DNA of 64,000 nt from Octopus sinensis (GCF_006345805.1 NC_042997.1:108996001-109060000), one strand, 5' to 3'; shown: positions 1 through 12,777, counted from the stretch's first letter. Notes: generated by a model from the letters alone, not told the origin. A program made the numbers and translations.

Positions 1-949
1 TACACCTTCTTTGGTTCTCTTTCTTTTTTCTGCATCAACTTCTGAAATCGAGATTTAAATTGTTTCGTTTCACCTTAACTTTGATATTGATGACCGTTGT
101 CAATAGCCACTCCTATCCTAAATTCTAGGTGTATTAATGGGGTCCAACATCATTTATTAACGGCAATATATTCAGTTTAATTTCGAGTTAGTTTAGTTTT
201 TCATCTGATAAAGTCCAATTATATTTGTAAGTATTTCGCAGCTAAAAAATTGCTGTCACTTATATCAATCCATTTTCCAAGCAAAACCTATCAAACCGTG
301 ATCCATTTTTGATAATTTGTCGAGTCTTGTTCAGCAAAACGGTTCTTTGACCTTTTTTTAAGTGTTGGCAAAAACGTTTCCCATACACAGCAGCAGCCGT
401 TCAAGACTTTGGACCTGGAGATCTCCATTTCCAGCGACTTCGAGGCCCACCTCCCAGTGGTGTCGGGCGTCAAAGAAGAGCCCTCGAATACAACAAGCCG
501 ACCAAAGTTTTTTTTTCCAAAGTCTGGGGTCTCCCGCCACTAAGCCCAAGACCATCACCTAATCACCCTTACCCGTCTTGTTGCTGAACAGCAACAACAA
601 CAACAACAACAACAGCAAGTCATACGTCCACTATTTTCCCAACTGCAACGTTGAAGTTCGTTAAAAATCCATTCATCCTTCTTCATATCGTCTGTTGTTT
701 CACATGTGCCAGCAGACGTTGCCAATATGCAAACACTTTCACATGTAGACCTGCACCGAGCGTATGAAATCCTCTAATCAATGGGTTGTCATTCCCCAAG
801 TACTCCACCTCCTCGTGTTTCGCAGATAATGAGGAGGAAATTCACTCGTTTTAATGAGAGAATTTGTGTAATTACGAAGTGTATTTGTTTTTCTAATGTA
901 TTTACTTATGAAGACGTGTGTGTATGTTTGTGCGTGCGTGTGTGTGTGT

Positions 950-980
<31 letters not shown>

Positions 981-1610
981 CACGCCTTGGCGTACTTGAA
1001 ACTTTCTTTTAAATATAACCAGGTGAGAAATCTGGTTGATGGACGTCATATTCATAGAATTACGAGGAATGAAGTGAGAACTGGAAGAAAAAGCAACAAA
1101 TTCTTTCATATTTTAGAAGATGGAGTGACGTACGTACGTACGTGTATGTGTGTGTACGTGCGTGCGTGACGTGCGTGCGTGTGCGTGTGTGTGTGTGTCT
1201 GTGTCTGTGTCTGTGTGTGTGTGTGTGTCTGTGTGTAAAATGACTTTTGACAGAGTTTCAGAAATAGATGTGATACGTTGTATTATTTAGGGTAGTTTCA
1301 TAAACAGGTCCAAAGCTACAACGTTGATGATAAATTTCTTTCTAGGGCCATGTATTGTTGTTGTTGTTGTTGCTACTGTTTACACTTTGGTCACCTCCGG
1401 CCCCAGTGGCCGGTCATAGGATGAAAGGCGTTACAACGGTGGACGTCACATTTTTAATGTGATTGGTTTGGGGTTTAATAGCATTTAGCTATTATTTCCA
1501 GCATGTCAAGTGATTACGTATAAGCCCCTTCCCTAGATCAAGATAGAAAAATTAATAGTTAGATACAAAGTGAGAAAGTCATATCTATATAGATGGAAAG
1601 AAGTATTATT

Positions 1611-1742
1611 TTCTTTTCTACTGTAGGCACAAGGCCCGACATTTTGGGAGAGTGGGGCAGTCAATTAGATCGACCCCAGTACGCAACTGGTACTTAATTT
1701 ATCGATCCCGAAAGGATGAAATGCAAAGTCGATCTCGGCGGA
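1611..1742 (-). mobile_element. SINE family A (tRNA-headed), 3' part with tail type 2
   Basis: Reverse complement of the body GAGGTCGACTTTGCCTTTCATCC...AAGTACCAGTTGCGTACTGGGGTCGATCTAAT...GGGCCTTGTGCC seen in many other copies in the window; head missing. Confidence 0.85.
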
Positions 1743-2029
1743 GACGGAAAGAAATATTGTAAAATAAATAGACGCATAGGCAGTCAAGCAAAGAGATCGG
1801 TAGAGAGATTGATAGAACAATAATAGATGGATTGGTAGATATATAGAATGGATATCTATGTATGGAAGGTAAGAAATGCAGATAAATAGGTAGACGGACA
1901 GGTAAAAAAGAAAAGAAAAACAGGTACATGAATGTAAAAATAAATAGACAGATAGACAGGCAGACAAACAAATAGTTACAAAGATAAATATATATATTGA
2001 GGGTAATAGATAGCAAGACTGACAGTTAA

Positions 2030-2148
<119 letters not shown>

Positions 2149-2300
2149 CATGGTTACATAAATAGAGTCAGAGAGATGAACAGTTAAACGGGTAAATATA
2201 TGGACAATCAGCTGGGTGGAAAGATATATAAATTTATGCCTCACTTTGTACGGACCCACTTTTCGAGATCCCGGTTTTATATATGTATATATATATATAT

Positions 2301-2430
2301 GGTTCCGGGTTCAGTCCCACTGCGTGGCACCTTGGGCAAGTGTCTTCTACTATAACCTCAGGCCGACCAAAGCTTTGTGAGTGGATCTGGTAGAGGGAAA
2401 CTGAAAGAAGCCCGTCGTATATATGTATAA

Positions 2431-2521
<91 letters not shown>

Positions 2522-2722
2522 CTTTGTATGTCGTCCCAACATCGCTTGACAACCGATGCTGGTATGTTTACGTCCCCGTAACTTAGCGGTTCAGCAAAAG
2601 ATACCGATAGAATAAGTACTAGGCTTACAAAGAATAAGTCCTGGGGTCGATTTGCTCGACTAAAGGCGGTGTTACAGCATGGCCACAGTCAAATGACTGA
2701 AACAAGTAAAAGAGTAAAAGAG
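2301..2722 (+). mobile_element. SINE family B (tRNA-headed, internal TA/GT microsatellite), 5'-truncated
   Basis: GGTTCAGTCCCACTGCGTGGCACCTTGGGCAAGTGTCTTCTACTAT... B-box-like region, internal microsatellite, tail ...ATGACTGAAACAAGTAAAAGAGTAAAAGAG; homologous to copies at 23.4, 27.5, 37.2, 47.7 and 56.0 kb. Confidence 0.85.
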
Positions 2723-2723
2723 C

Positions 2724-2773
<50 letters not shown>

Positions 2774-3227
2774 AAAGAGAGAGGCAGGGGGAAGAAATAG
2801 CTAGATACTCTGCTAGATAGTTAGATATATAATTACATACGTAGATAGAAAGGTAGAGAAACAGATAGTTAGAAAGATAAGTGTAGATAGTCAGCCAGAC
2901 AGACAGAGACAGACAGACAGACAGACAGACAGACCGGCAAGTAGCTAAATAAACTTTGAGATAGAAAGATAAATAGATAAGATGTTTGCCTTTAACTCTA
3001 CTAGACAGGTTTATTAAAGAAAGTCTTCGAGATAAGACAAACTCTGGGTAGGTGCCACCGGGTAAAGCACCACAGTTATTATAGATCTCTCTTTCTCTTG
3101 GTGCCAGATGTCTTGTTAATAAGGAGCAGGTGTTACGTTTAGAGTTTAGATTTGGAACCTTCTAGAACTTGTCATTAAGGCTTCTTTTAGGATTTAAAGG
3201 AGCCACGTTACTTTTTGCTGGTGTTGA

Positions 3228-3323
3228 TCTTCTTCTTCTTCTTCTTCTTCTTCTTCTTCTTCTTCTTCTTCTTCTTCTTCTTCTTCTTCTTCTTCTTCTT
3301 CTTCTTCTTTTTCTTCTTCTTCT
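3228..3323. repeat. (TTC)n microsatellite
   Basis: Near-pure TTC run; source of the poly-F and poly-K ORFs. Confidence 0.95.
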
Positions 3324-3338
3324 TTCTCATTATTATTA

Positions 3339-3556
3339 AGGCAGCTGCCTGGCAAGAATCATTAGTATGTCGTACAAAATGCTTAACGGCGTTTCTTCCG
3401 GCTCTATGTCCAGGATTCAAATTCTGCCGAGGTCGTCTTTGCCTTCCTTCTTTCGAGGTTGATGAAATAAGTGTACCAGTCATGCACTAGGGGCGATGTA
3501 ATCAATTAACCTTGTCCCCCCACCTAATTCAAGCATTGTGCCTATTAAAGAAAGGA
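3339..3556 (+). mobile_element. SINE family A, diverged full-length copy
   Basis: GGCAGCTGCCTGGCAAGAATCATTAG...GGATTCAAATTCTGCCGAGGTCGTCTTTGCC matches the family A head and body. Confidence 0.7.
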
Positions 3557-3645
3557 TTATCGATATAACGTCTGCTCTCCTCCTTGACCACAACCTTCAT
3601 ATTTCCCACTTCAAATCTTCATTGTTGTTCGATTATTATTATTAC

Positions 3646-4196
3646 TGAGTGAGAGAGCAGTGCATACCATCAAAGTGACACTGGGGTACAAATATACAAA
3701 GCCCAGTATACCCATCATGACTACGCGTCTGATAAGGGTACACCAGGCACATGCATCACAACCATATGTGCGCGACATGGTGATCTCATTTCAAGATAAA
3801 CAGCGCATGACCTTGCAGGTAGGACCTAGTTAGAATTTTCTTCAGGTTGAGCAGCCCATCCTGTTCAAAAGGTACCTGAATAAGGGTTGTTTAAGGATGT
3901 TGAAAGAACGACCCATGTTTCCAGAGGTAAATTATCCAAACCCCAAAGAATCACTCTCAATACATGGCTATGATGCTCCCCCACTACTTCTGCTCATGAT
4001 CAGAGATGCACATATCGTCAGCCAGTAAGGGACATGCTCAACTGGCTATGGTGAAACAACTGACAAGCAAATCTGTGGTATTGAGCAGAATATTTGCTGT
4101 AGTCCATCTTTTGTACCAAGACAAAACAATGTACATGATAACACACCCAATCAGTTTAAGATGAGAAGTAATGAGAGCCACTGTCTAGTACTGCAT
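3646..4196 (-). mobile_element. Unclassified ~560-bp TAA-embedded repeat (family E), copy 1
   Basis: Highly similar to 4593-5151 and 45220-45734; short (TTA)n runs on both sides. Confidence 0.85.
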
Positions 4197-4522
4197 ATTA
4201 TTGTTTTTATTATTATTATAGTTGGGAAAATGGGCAGTGTGAATGGACCAATTCTGAGCGTACACCTGTGAAGAAATAAAGAAGAAGGGCTCTTTGCCTG
4301 TTGATCAGGGACCCGTGGCTTTTGTGGATTTTTGTAAGAGGCCCTTTAAAGCGCCGCCCTTATTGGGAGATTCGCGTTGTTTCGTTTTTCATTGTTTTCA
4401 AACGTTTACATGCTGTAAAACACTTTATCTCGTCTTGTGTTGTCTTTTATGTCGTGTCACGCCATTTTATGTTGTTTTATGTAAGCTCTTGCGACTAATA
4501 AAATAATGAATCAGGATCATCA

Positions 4523-4592
<70 letters not shown>

Positions 4593-4593
<1 letters not shown>

Positions 4594-5151
4594 GAGTGAG
4601 AGAGCAGTTCATGCCATCAAAGTGAAACTGGGGTAAAATAGACGAAGCCCAATATACCCATCATGACTACCCGTCTGATAAGGGTACACCAGGCACATAC
4701 ATCACAACCATATGTGCGCGACATGGTGATCTCATATCAAGATAAACACCACATGACCTTGCAGGTGGGGCCCAGTTAGAATTTTCTTCAGGTTGAGTAG
4801 CCCATTCCGCTCAAAAGGTCTCTGAATAAGGGTTGTTTAAGGATGTTGAAAGAACCACCCATGTTTCCAGAGGTGAATTATTCAAACCCCAAAGAATCAC
4901 TCTCAATACATGGCTATGATGCTCCCCCACTACTTCTGCTCGTGATCAGAGATGCACATATCGTCAGCCACTAAGGGATATGCTCAACTGGTTACGATCA
5001 AACAACTGACGAGTAAATCTGTGGTATTGAGCAGAATATTTGCTGTAGCCCATCTTTTATACCAAGACAAAACAACGTACATGATAATACTTTCAATCAG
5101 TTAAGATCAGAAGCCATGAGAGCCACTGCCTGGCACTGCATCAGGGCATTT
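4593..5151 (-). mobile_element. Unclassified ~560-bp TAA-embedded repeat (family E), copy 2 (longest)
   Basis: Long (TTA)n arrays on both flanks; on the minus strand it ends ...GCTCTCTCACTCAATAATAAT. Confidence 0.85.
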
Positions 5152-5172
5152 ATATAATTATTATTATTATTA

Positions 5173-5230
<58 letters not shown>

Positions 5231-5267
5231 CATCATCATCATCATTATTATTATTATTATTATTATT

Positions 5268-5556
5268 CTATGTTTGAGTTTTGCTTTATATTTGTACAAG
5301 TTGGCTCCAAGTCTCACCCAGAGACCTCAAGAGACAACAGGTTGGAAGTTCATGTTGTTGTTATGCCTAGTGTGCCATATATTGGGGGGGGGGAGTTTTT
5401 GGTATTGTACTAATGAATGTCTAAAAAAAAAAAATTTCTGTTTTTTTTCTTTAAAAACCAAAAATTATGTTTGTTTTAAACCTTGAGATTACATAGAAAG
5501 TATTTTGCGTAGGATATGAGCAGTTCCCATGAGCACTATCTTTTGAATTGCTGCCA

Positions 5557-5560
<4 letters not shown>
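5268..5560 (-). mobile_element. 3' end of an R4/Dong-clade (RLE-type) non-LTR retrotransposon, heavily 5'-truncated
   Basis: Minus strand 5560-5489 reads KMAAIQKIVLMGTAHILRKILSM*, the conserved GTAHILR C-terminus of R4/Dong ORFs; followed by a 3' UTR and (AAT)n tail; 5' flank is also (AAT)n. Confidence 0.8.
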
Positions 5561-5645
<85 letters not shown>

Positions 5646-5764
5646 CATTATTATTATTATTATATTATTATTATTATTATTATTATAATTTATTATCATT
5701 ATTATTATTATTGTTATTATTATTATTATCATTGTTATTATTATTATTATTATTATTATCATCA

Positions 5765-5828
<64 letters not shown>

Positions 5829-5870
5829 CATTAATATTATTATTATTATCATCATTATCATTTATTGTTA
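5561..5870. repeat. (TTA/TCA)n compound microsatellite
   Basis: Direct inspection. Confidence 0.95.
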
Positions 5871-6178
5871 TTTTAAGAGAAAACCTTTTCTAGCAATAAA
5901 TTGGTCAGAAATATAGGTGAAATATATCACCAAAGATCAATATTTCAGCCTATGCATGCCGCACAACGAAAATATGATATTCCATATCAAAATTATCTGT
6001 TAAGAATCTAATTCTGATGATATTCTCTAAGGAATTATTTGGCCAGAAAAACCTCTATTTTTAAGGAATTAAATAACCCCGTCGGTCATTGTGGCTTGTT
6101 TTCTTTGCAAAGGTGCCAAAAACTTTGGTCTTAAGTAATATTTGAATACTATTTTCTTCCCACTATATTTTTATTTAC

Positions 6179-6179
<1 letters not shown>

Positions 6180-6272
<93 letters not shown>

Positions 6273-6449
6273 ATATATATATATATATAATATCTACATG
6301 CATAAATATATCCATACACACACATAAATACAGTTATATATATATGTGTGTGCGTGTCTGTGTGTCCGTGTGTGTGTATCAGTACTCTGTCTGTCTGTCT
6401 CTCTCTCACACACACATTTATCTATCTATCTATACCTACATACATGTAT

Positions 6450-6526
<77 letters not shown>

Positions 6527-6533
6527 TATATAT

Positions 6534-6608
<75 letters not shown>

Positions 6609-6640
6609 CAAATATATATACATACAAATATATACATACA
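6180..6640. repeat. Compound (TATC)n/(TA)n/(CA)n/(GATA)n microsatellite region
   Basis: Direct inspection. Confidence 0.9.
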
Positions 6641-7278
6641 TATGATTTACTATTAGAGGCGGTAAGTAACCTTGGCAGTTTTTCATGCATCTAAATTGTG
6701 ATATATGTGATATATATGATTTGGGTTTCAAGTATTTTTAGTCTAATACCGAGGAACTTATCTAATTTAGCCCCTAGCTATAATTTTCCTTGCAATTATA
6801 TATATCCGTTCTCATGACTGTTTAGATATTTCTGAAAATTTGCTGAAATCATTCGATGCTTATTAAATACGAACAAAATATTGTTATTCTGTGTGCTGAA
6901 AGTTCAATGCGGAACAAGAATCCTGTTTAAACTTTAGGTTTCAGCCGAAATTTTCTTCCAGTCTTTGTTGTTGCAGGACTGCGGTTTCGAAGTATATTCT
7001 AGGAAATTAAAGGCAGCAAATGTTTAGTAAAATTTTGGAATTTGAGGATAAGTATCAATAATTATAGGCGAGGTTAATTTTGAAATATATAAATACAAAT
7101 AAATATTATATTTAAAAAAAAAAAAAAAAATCATCATTCCATTGTGCAATGTAAACATGGTCTTTGGATTATTATAATAGGAATAGGAAGAAAAAGTTTC
7201 GGTCCTCTTTCTTTGTACAGGTCATACCGGGAATGGTTTTTTTTCTTCTTCTGAAACTCAGGAAACAGAGCAGCATTA

Positions 7279-7333
<55 letters not shown>

Positions 7334-7478
7334 TTACTACTACTACTACTACTGTGCTGCTGCGAGCGTTAATGTTTTTGTTGCTTGTTTTTTTTCTGCT
7401 CTGCTGACACCACCCGTCAGTAGAGTCTGTCTCAATGGTTGTCATGTTCTAGTCTAACGTATCCCTGTCTTACCTTAC

Positions 7479-7524
7479 TGTTTGGCATTAAACATGATGC
7501 TGGAGAATTTCTCAGGGATGTCTT
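7479..7524 (-). CDS. Candidate small internal exon of an unidentified gene, xDIPEKFSSIMFNAKx
   Basis: Minus-strand acceptor TTATTCATGCAG| and donor CA|GTAAGG (tandem alternative donor AAG|GTAAGA at 7474); one frame is open; no homology recognised. Confidence 0.2.
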
Positions 7525-8425
7525 CTGCATGAATAACTTATAATTAAGTTCTAACTTAACGTATTTTAGTACGTTCTGACAGAGAGTATGTAGTGTCAAG
7601 AAGAATTTTTATTTTTAATCTATCAAATTTATAATCTTTTTAAGAAAAAACATCTTTCGTGTTAATTATTCACGAGAAAGTCAAAGGCGATAACTCCGAC
7701 ATTTAAATTCACTGTAACTCAGAGGTACGTCGAGGGATGCCAGCTTCTGATCGTTGGCTCAGCTCTACATGTTTCCGCTGTGCTCCTCAGAGTTCGCATA
7801 TGCATATGCCCTACATGTTTCCTCGAACTCTTTCTACACACAGCTTATGTGCCGCCGCCCGCCGCAGTACGTAATCATACAGCGGCACAGGTGTTGCAGT
7901 GCATGTGCATACGGTTGCATATGCTGCTTATGCATTGAAGTCAAACGTGTCAGAGGAAGGAAATCTCAGAAAATTAATTCCGACTTTGAAACATTTTGTT
8001 TGTGGTCGTCATCAACGTCAGTTTGTCAGCGTTAAGTGAAGCAACGCTGCTTTTCTCAGCGTTAAATGAAGCAACGCTGACAGTTGTTCTTTTCTGCTAC
8101 CACCACCACCACATCTCCTGACTACAGCTTGTAATAGTAGAGGCCATACTAGTATAAGAGGTGGTGGTAACGATGGTGGTAGTAGTTGGACTAGCATTAC
8201 TGCTAAGAGTGGGGTAGGGTAGGAGTGGTAGCAATAATGATAATAGTGATACTAATAAAGATGGTGGTAGTAGTTGTAGTGGTAACAATTGGAGTAATAA
8301 TGGTGGTAGTGGTTATACTAGTATAGGTAGTGGTGGTGTTGGTACTAGTATCAATAGTGAGAGTGACTGTAATGGTAATGGTGCAGGTTGTAGTAGTAGT
8401 AGTAGTAGTAGTAGCGGTGGTGGTG

Positions 8426-8476
<51 letters not shown>

Positions 8477-8526
8477 TTAATAGTAGTGATACATGTAGAA
8501 TTATTGAGGGGTGTGTAGTTGAATTC

Positions 8527-8590
8527 ACCGACCCCAGTGAACGACAAACTTGATCTCGGCAGGATTTGAACTTAGAACGTAAATACCGTG
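8527..8590 (-). mobile_element. SINE family A fragment (internally deleted)
   Basis: GACCCCAGTG...GATCTCGGCAGGATTTGAACTTAGAACGTAA. Confidence 0.6.
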
Positions 8591-10986
8591 AAGTATTGGG
8601 GTGAGAATAAAAAGGGTGGGGTGGGGGAGAAATAAGAGGAAAACTATACAAAGTATACGAAATTTGTGAATTGATGGAAGATGTAGTCCTCTGATATAGG
8701 AAAAAACCCGTAAGAGACAATCATGGAATCGCCAAAGATCCAAGATCACCAACAACCACCAAAGAACTGATCCATCACCCAGCTGTTGTTCTTCAATGTA
8801 TACAAGCTTCATGCTTAGAGTTTTTCCATCCACCATAACAATTTTCCCAATGATGACCTACAGTTTCTTAAAGTGACTTCCTTTTTTGCCCTCATTTTTC
8901 TTTTCGGGTTTCTTTTATTAAAAAGAAGGTGGCTTCACCTCAATCGTTTCAGCCTTATTCACCACACAAATTATTTCGATATTATCACCAGACAAACGGA
9001 AACTGCTTCACTAACATTATCAAAGGAGGACAGGTGAGTAATGTTCACGTTGGCCTCAGTCGAGAGCAGGATTCACTTCACTCCTGACATAACTTTACAT
9101 ATTAGCCATATCCGGACATCACTTCAGCTTACGAAGTGCATGTCCGTGCCTCATCAGTAATTGCATCTCAAACGTTCCGCACGGAGAGTGTTTGCTGCAG
9201 ATGCCTTACCACTAGAACGTAAAATACCTGATGCTCCAATCTGGCCAGACAATAACTAGGACATGGTACGACTTTCATGTGTTTATATATAACAATGATG
9301 CGCTCGCCACCTCTATCTCGCCTTTTTAAGGACAACCTTTCCTTACTCTGTTTCTGAATGATACCGACCGTCTTACACATAACCTCGTACCATAACCACG
9401 TACAATGCACCTTAACCAGTCCGCTAATAAAGTTCCTCACGACCATGCCGATGGTATGGACCTATCCATCTGTATGTCAATAAGCCATTAACTTGTCGGG
9501 ATTAGTCCTAGTTCCTGTTGTTGCTTTAGGGTGGTGTCGTCACAGGAGCATTGGTCGACCCTAATCGAAGGCTTTCAAATGATTCCTATAATCGGAGTTT
9601 CATCGAACGCAGCTTTGTTACCAATTCTCATGAGGTAGTGGTCCTCATGAAATTTTGTCTGGCAAATGACATTTTAGCCGTGTCTTGCTCAGAGGTTCTA
9701 CATGTGCCCCACCATAAATGGCATTGTTAGACATGAATGGTAACCATTAATTCCAGCAAAAAATGTTTACATCATCATCATCATCATGAACATCATCGTC
9801 GTCGTCGTTGTCGTCGTCGTCATCATCATAAATATATACTGAGATAGACGCAGGCACTGGTGAGTCGTTAGATAGTTCATCTTATAAACATGAGGTGCCA
9901 TGTTCAATCTTATTACGGACCATCTCGGGCTTGTCTCTTTTACTATAACTTTTGGTCGATCCAAACTTATGGAACATGTCTACAGAAACTGTTCCGATGT
10001 TCAGCAAATGAAAGGGTCAGTCTTTGAATTCCATGGTTTGTCTTGCTGATGCTGCGTGATTTAGGTCGAACGGTCACATGACTGTAGGGGACACTCAGCC
10101 ACTTGCACTATATCTCAATAAATATATTAGTCATTTGAACGAAGTACTGGAACGCTTTTCGTCGAAGCAGACGGACGTCCAACTATCATTTATTTACATG
10201 AAATAAAGCAAAATAGAAAGCCACCACCACCACCGACAGCACCATAGCTACGACCACCATCTCCATCATCATCATCACTACCATCACTACTAACACCACC
10301 ACCATCGTCCCCATCACTGTTACCATAACAACCATCACCTTCCTCACCCTCACCATCGCCGTTGCCACCGCAAGCACCAAGAACAACCAATAACACCACC
10401 ACCACATCCACCGCCGCCACTGTCAGCAGTTTTCACATTACTACCACCACCAACAACAGCAACAGCAAATAACATCAACATTCGCATCATCAAAGACCAC
10501 ACACAAAACCAGGTACCACCACCACCACCACCACCACCAACCACCACAACACAACAACAACAACAACAAGTATTATCGCCACCACCATCACCACTTATAT
10601 TACTATAACCGTCAACAAAACCAGGTACCACCACCACCACCACCACCAAGTGCTATTACTGTAAACAATATTATTTACTACATCAATAACAATAATATAT
10701 AATTCTAAAAAAACAAAAACAATAAAGAATTCTAACCATTTTAGTTTGTTTCAATTTTTCATTTGTTTAATTTCTGAAAAATAATTAAAACAAAAAAAAA
10801 CAAAACAAACCAAAGAATTTAAAAGAAAACATAATTTTCAAAGAAAAATTTATAAGATAATGATTAAAACAGCAAAACATAACAAACAGGTTGAAGGACT
10901 GCGATTGAACCATTAAAGCTTGCAATTGTCAATCTCTTTATTGCTTTAGATGTGATTGGTTTGTTTGTATGGTTTTTGTATTGTAG

Positions 10987-11105
10987 AGTGATTCATCAGT
11001 TGGTTGTGTTTCTGAACAAACAACAGAAGCCCCGGCTTTTTGCGCTTGACGGCCATGTTGTGCGTTGTCTTCGGTCTATCAATATTAATCTTGACAGACT
11101 CAGCT
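10987..11105 (+). CDS. Candidate first coding exon with a signal-peptide-like sequence MLCVVFGLSILILTDSA (ATG at 11055)
   Basis: Acceptor TTTTTGTATTGTAG| at 10986, GCCATG start context, 12-residue hydrophobic core, phase-0 donor GCT|GTAAGT at 11106; downstream exons not established. Confidence 0.35.
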
Positions 11106-11278
11106 GTAAGTGACGCTAATTCTAGCGAAACTAAAGAACACAGCCTAGCAGAAATGTCAATCAGCTGTAGCAAGCGCGGGATCTGGACTTGTTGGATTCC
11201 ATGTTATGAAATTAAGTCTGTCATGCGGGTTCATTTCTTCCTGCATGTGTGCGTGTGTGTATGTATGTATGTTTGTGT

Positions 11279-11314
<36 letters not shown>

Positions 11315-11329
11315 GTGTGTGTGTGTGTG

Positions 11330-11374
<45 letters not shown>

Positions 11375-11749
11375 TTTGAATTTCCTCCCAAATACCAGAA
11401 AATCAGAGACAAACAGAATAGAGAAAGAGTTGGCGCGTGTGTGTATGCGTGTGTATGTGCGTATATATATGTATGCACCAGAGTGTGTTTAAGAATGAGG
11501 GAGAGAGAGAGAGAGAGTAACAACAAGGGGAGGGAGTGACGAAGAAAAAGAGAGAAACAGAGAAGGAGAGAGAGAGGGAGAGAAGAAGAGAAATAAAGTG
11601 AAAGAGTGAGAGAGACAGAAAGATGAGCTGTTTTGAAAATCAAAGGAAAATTGTGTAAAAGAATTATGATTGTTATTGTTCATTGTTTGGCTCTTCTACG
11701 TATATACAGCTTTACGTAACAAAAATAAAATTTAAAATAAGAGTAAGTT

Positions 11750-11781
11750 GATTATTAATATTATTATTATTGTTGTTGTAA

Positions 11782-11856
<75 letters not shown>

Positions 11857-11980
11857 AATATAATAATAATAATATAATAATAATAATAATAATATAATAT
11901 AATAATAATAATAAAATAATAATAATAAAATAATAATAATAATAAAATAATAATAATATAATAATAATAATAATAATATA
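11750..11980. repeat. (TTA)n/(TAA)n inverted compound microsatellite
   Basis: A TTA run switches to a TAA run at ~11853. Confidence 0.9.
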
Positions 11981-12180
11981 ATTCTTTACTACCCACAAGG
12001 GGCTAAACATAGGAGGGGACAAACAAGGATAGACAAAGGGATTAAGTCGATTACATCGACCTCAGTGCGAAACTGGTACTTTATTTATTGACCCCGAAAG
12101 GATGAAAGGCCAAGTCGAACTCGGCGGAATTTGAACTCAGAACGTAACAACAGACGAAATACCGCTAAGCATTTCGTACA
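11981..12180 (-). mobile_element. SINE family A with tail type 1, head truncated
   Basis: Family A body plus tail GTTTGTCCCCTCC...TTTAGCCCCTTGTGGGTAGTAAAGAAT (reverse strand); breaks at 12180 where LINE sequence begins. Confidence 0.85.
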
Positions 12181-12777
12181 TCCAGCTGGATGACAAACGG
12201 GGAGGCATTGTTGTGTGCCAAGGATGCTGAAAAGGTAAGTGTTGCATCCGCTAATGTGGAAACTAATGTCAGCTGCTTTGGCTGGTGAACTGTACAGATA
12301 CTTGGAAAGAAGTGGGTTGCTATCCATTGAACACAAAGGGTGCCGAAACCTAGGAATCGGGGAACGAAGGATGAGCTCTTAATTAATCTAATTATCATGA
12401 ACTGCAAAAGAAGACATACACACCTGAGCATGGCATGGGTTGACTATTGCAAAGCATACGATATGATACCACACTTCTGGATAATAAGAACAATGGAAAT
12501 GTATGGAGTAGCAGAGAATGTGATAAGCCTTATATGGAATAGCATGAAATACTGGTGAACGGAATTGACAGGAGAGTATCAAGTATTAGGAGAGGTGGGT
12601 CACTGTGTCCCCACTGATCTTCGTGCTGGAAATGATCCCCTTGAGTGGAATAGTATAGAAAACAAAGTTGGGTTATGATCAGAGAAGAGGTAGCATGGTA
12701 CCGTAGGCTGCGGGCATCAAGCCCGCTACACATGTAAGACTCCAGGAGCTCCAACAAAACCTGTGATAAAAAGAAAT
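12181..12777 (+). pseudogene. R4/Dong-clade non-LTR retrotransposon fragment A (RT remnant, internally deleted, putative 3' UTR)
   Basis: Translates to PAWMTNG...HKGCRN..RGTKDELLIN..NCKRRHTHLSMAWVDYCKAYDMIPHFWI...SMKYW*TELT...SPLIFVLEMIPLS; ends in a UTR-like segment and a (TAA)n run. Confidence 0.8.

Noticed and set aside
358-654. GC-richer segment with a plus-strand VKEEP motif and poly-Q, and a minus-strand RHHWEV motif
   Set aside because: Every frame is interrupted, splice signals do not give a coherent exon and the poly-Q is a (CAA)n repeat; no family recognised
7760-7835. Two GAAACATGTA motifs (minus), one preceded by CTGAGGA
   Set aside because: Stem II and stem I cannot form in the correct register
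8525-9446. ORFs 8525-8836 and 9168-9446 (minus)
   Set aside because: No recognisable motifs; partly SINE or unclassified repeat sequence
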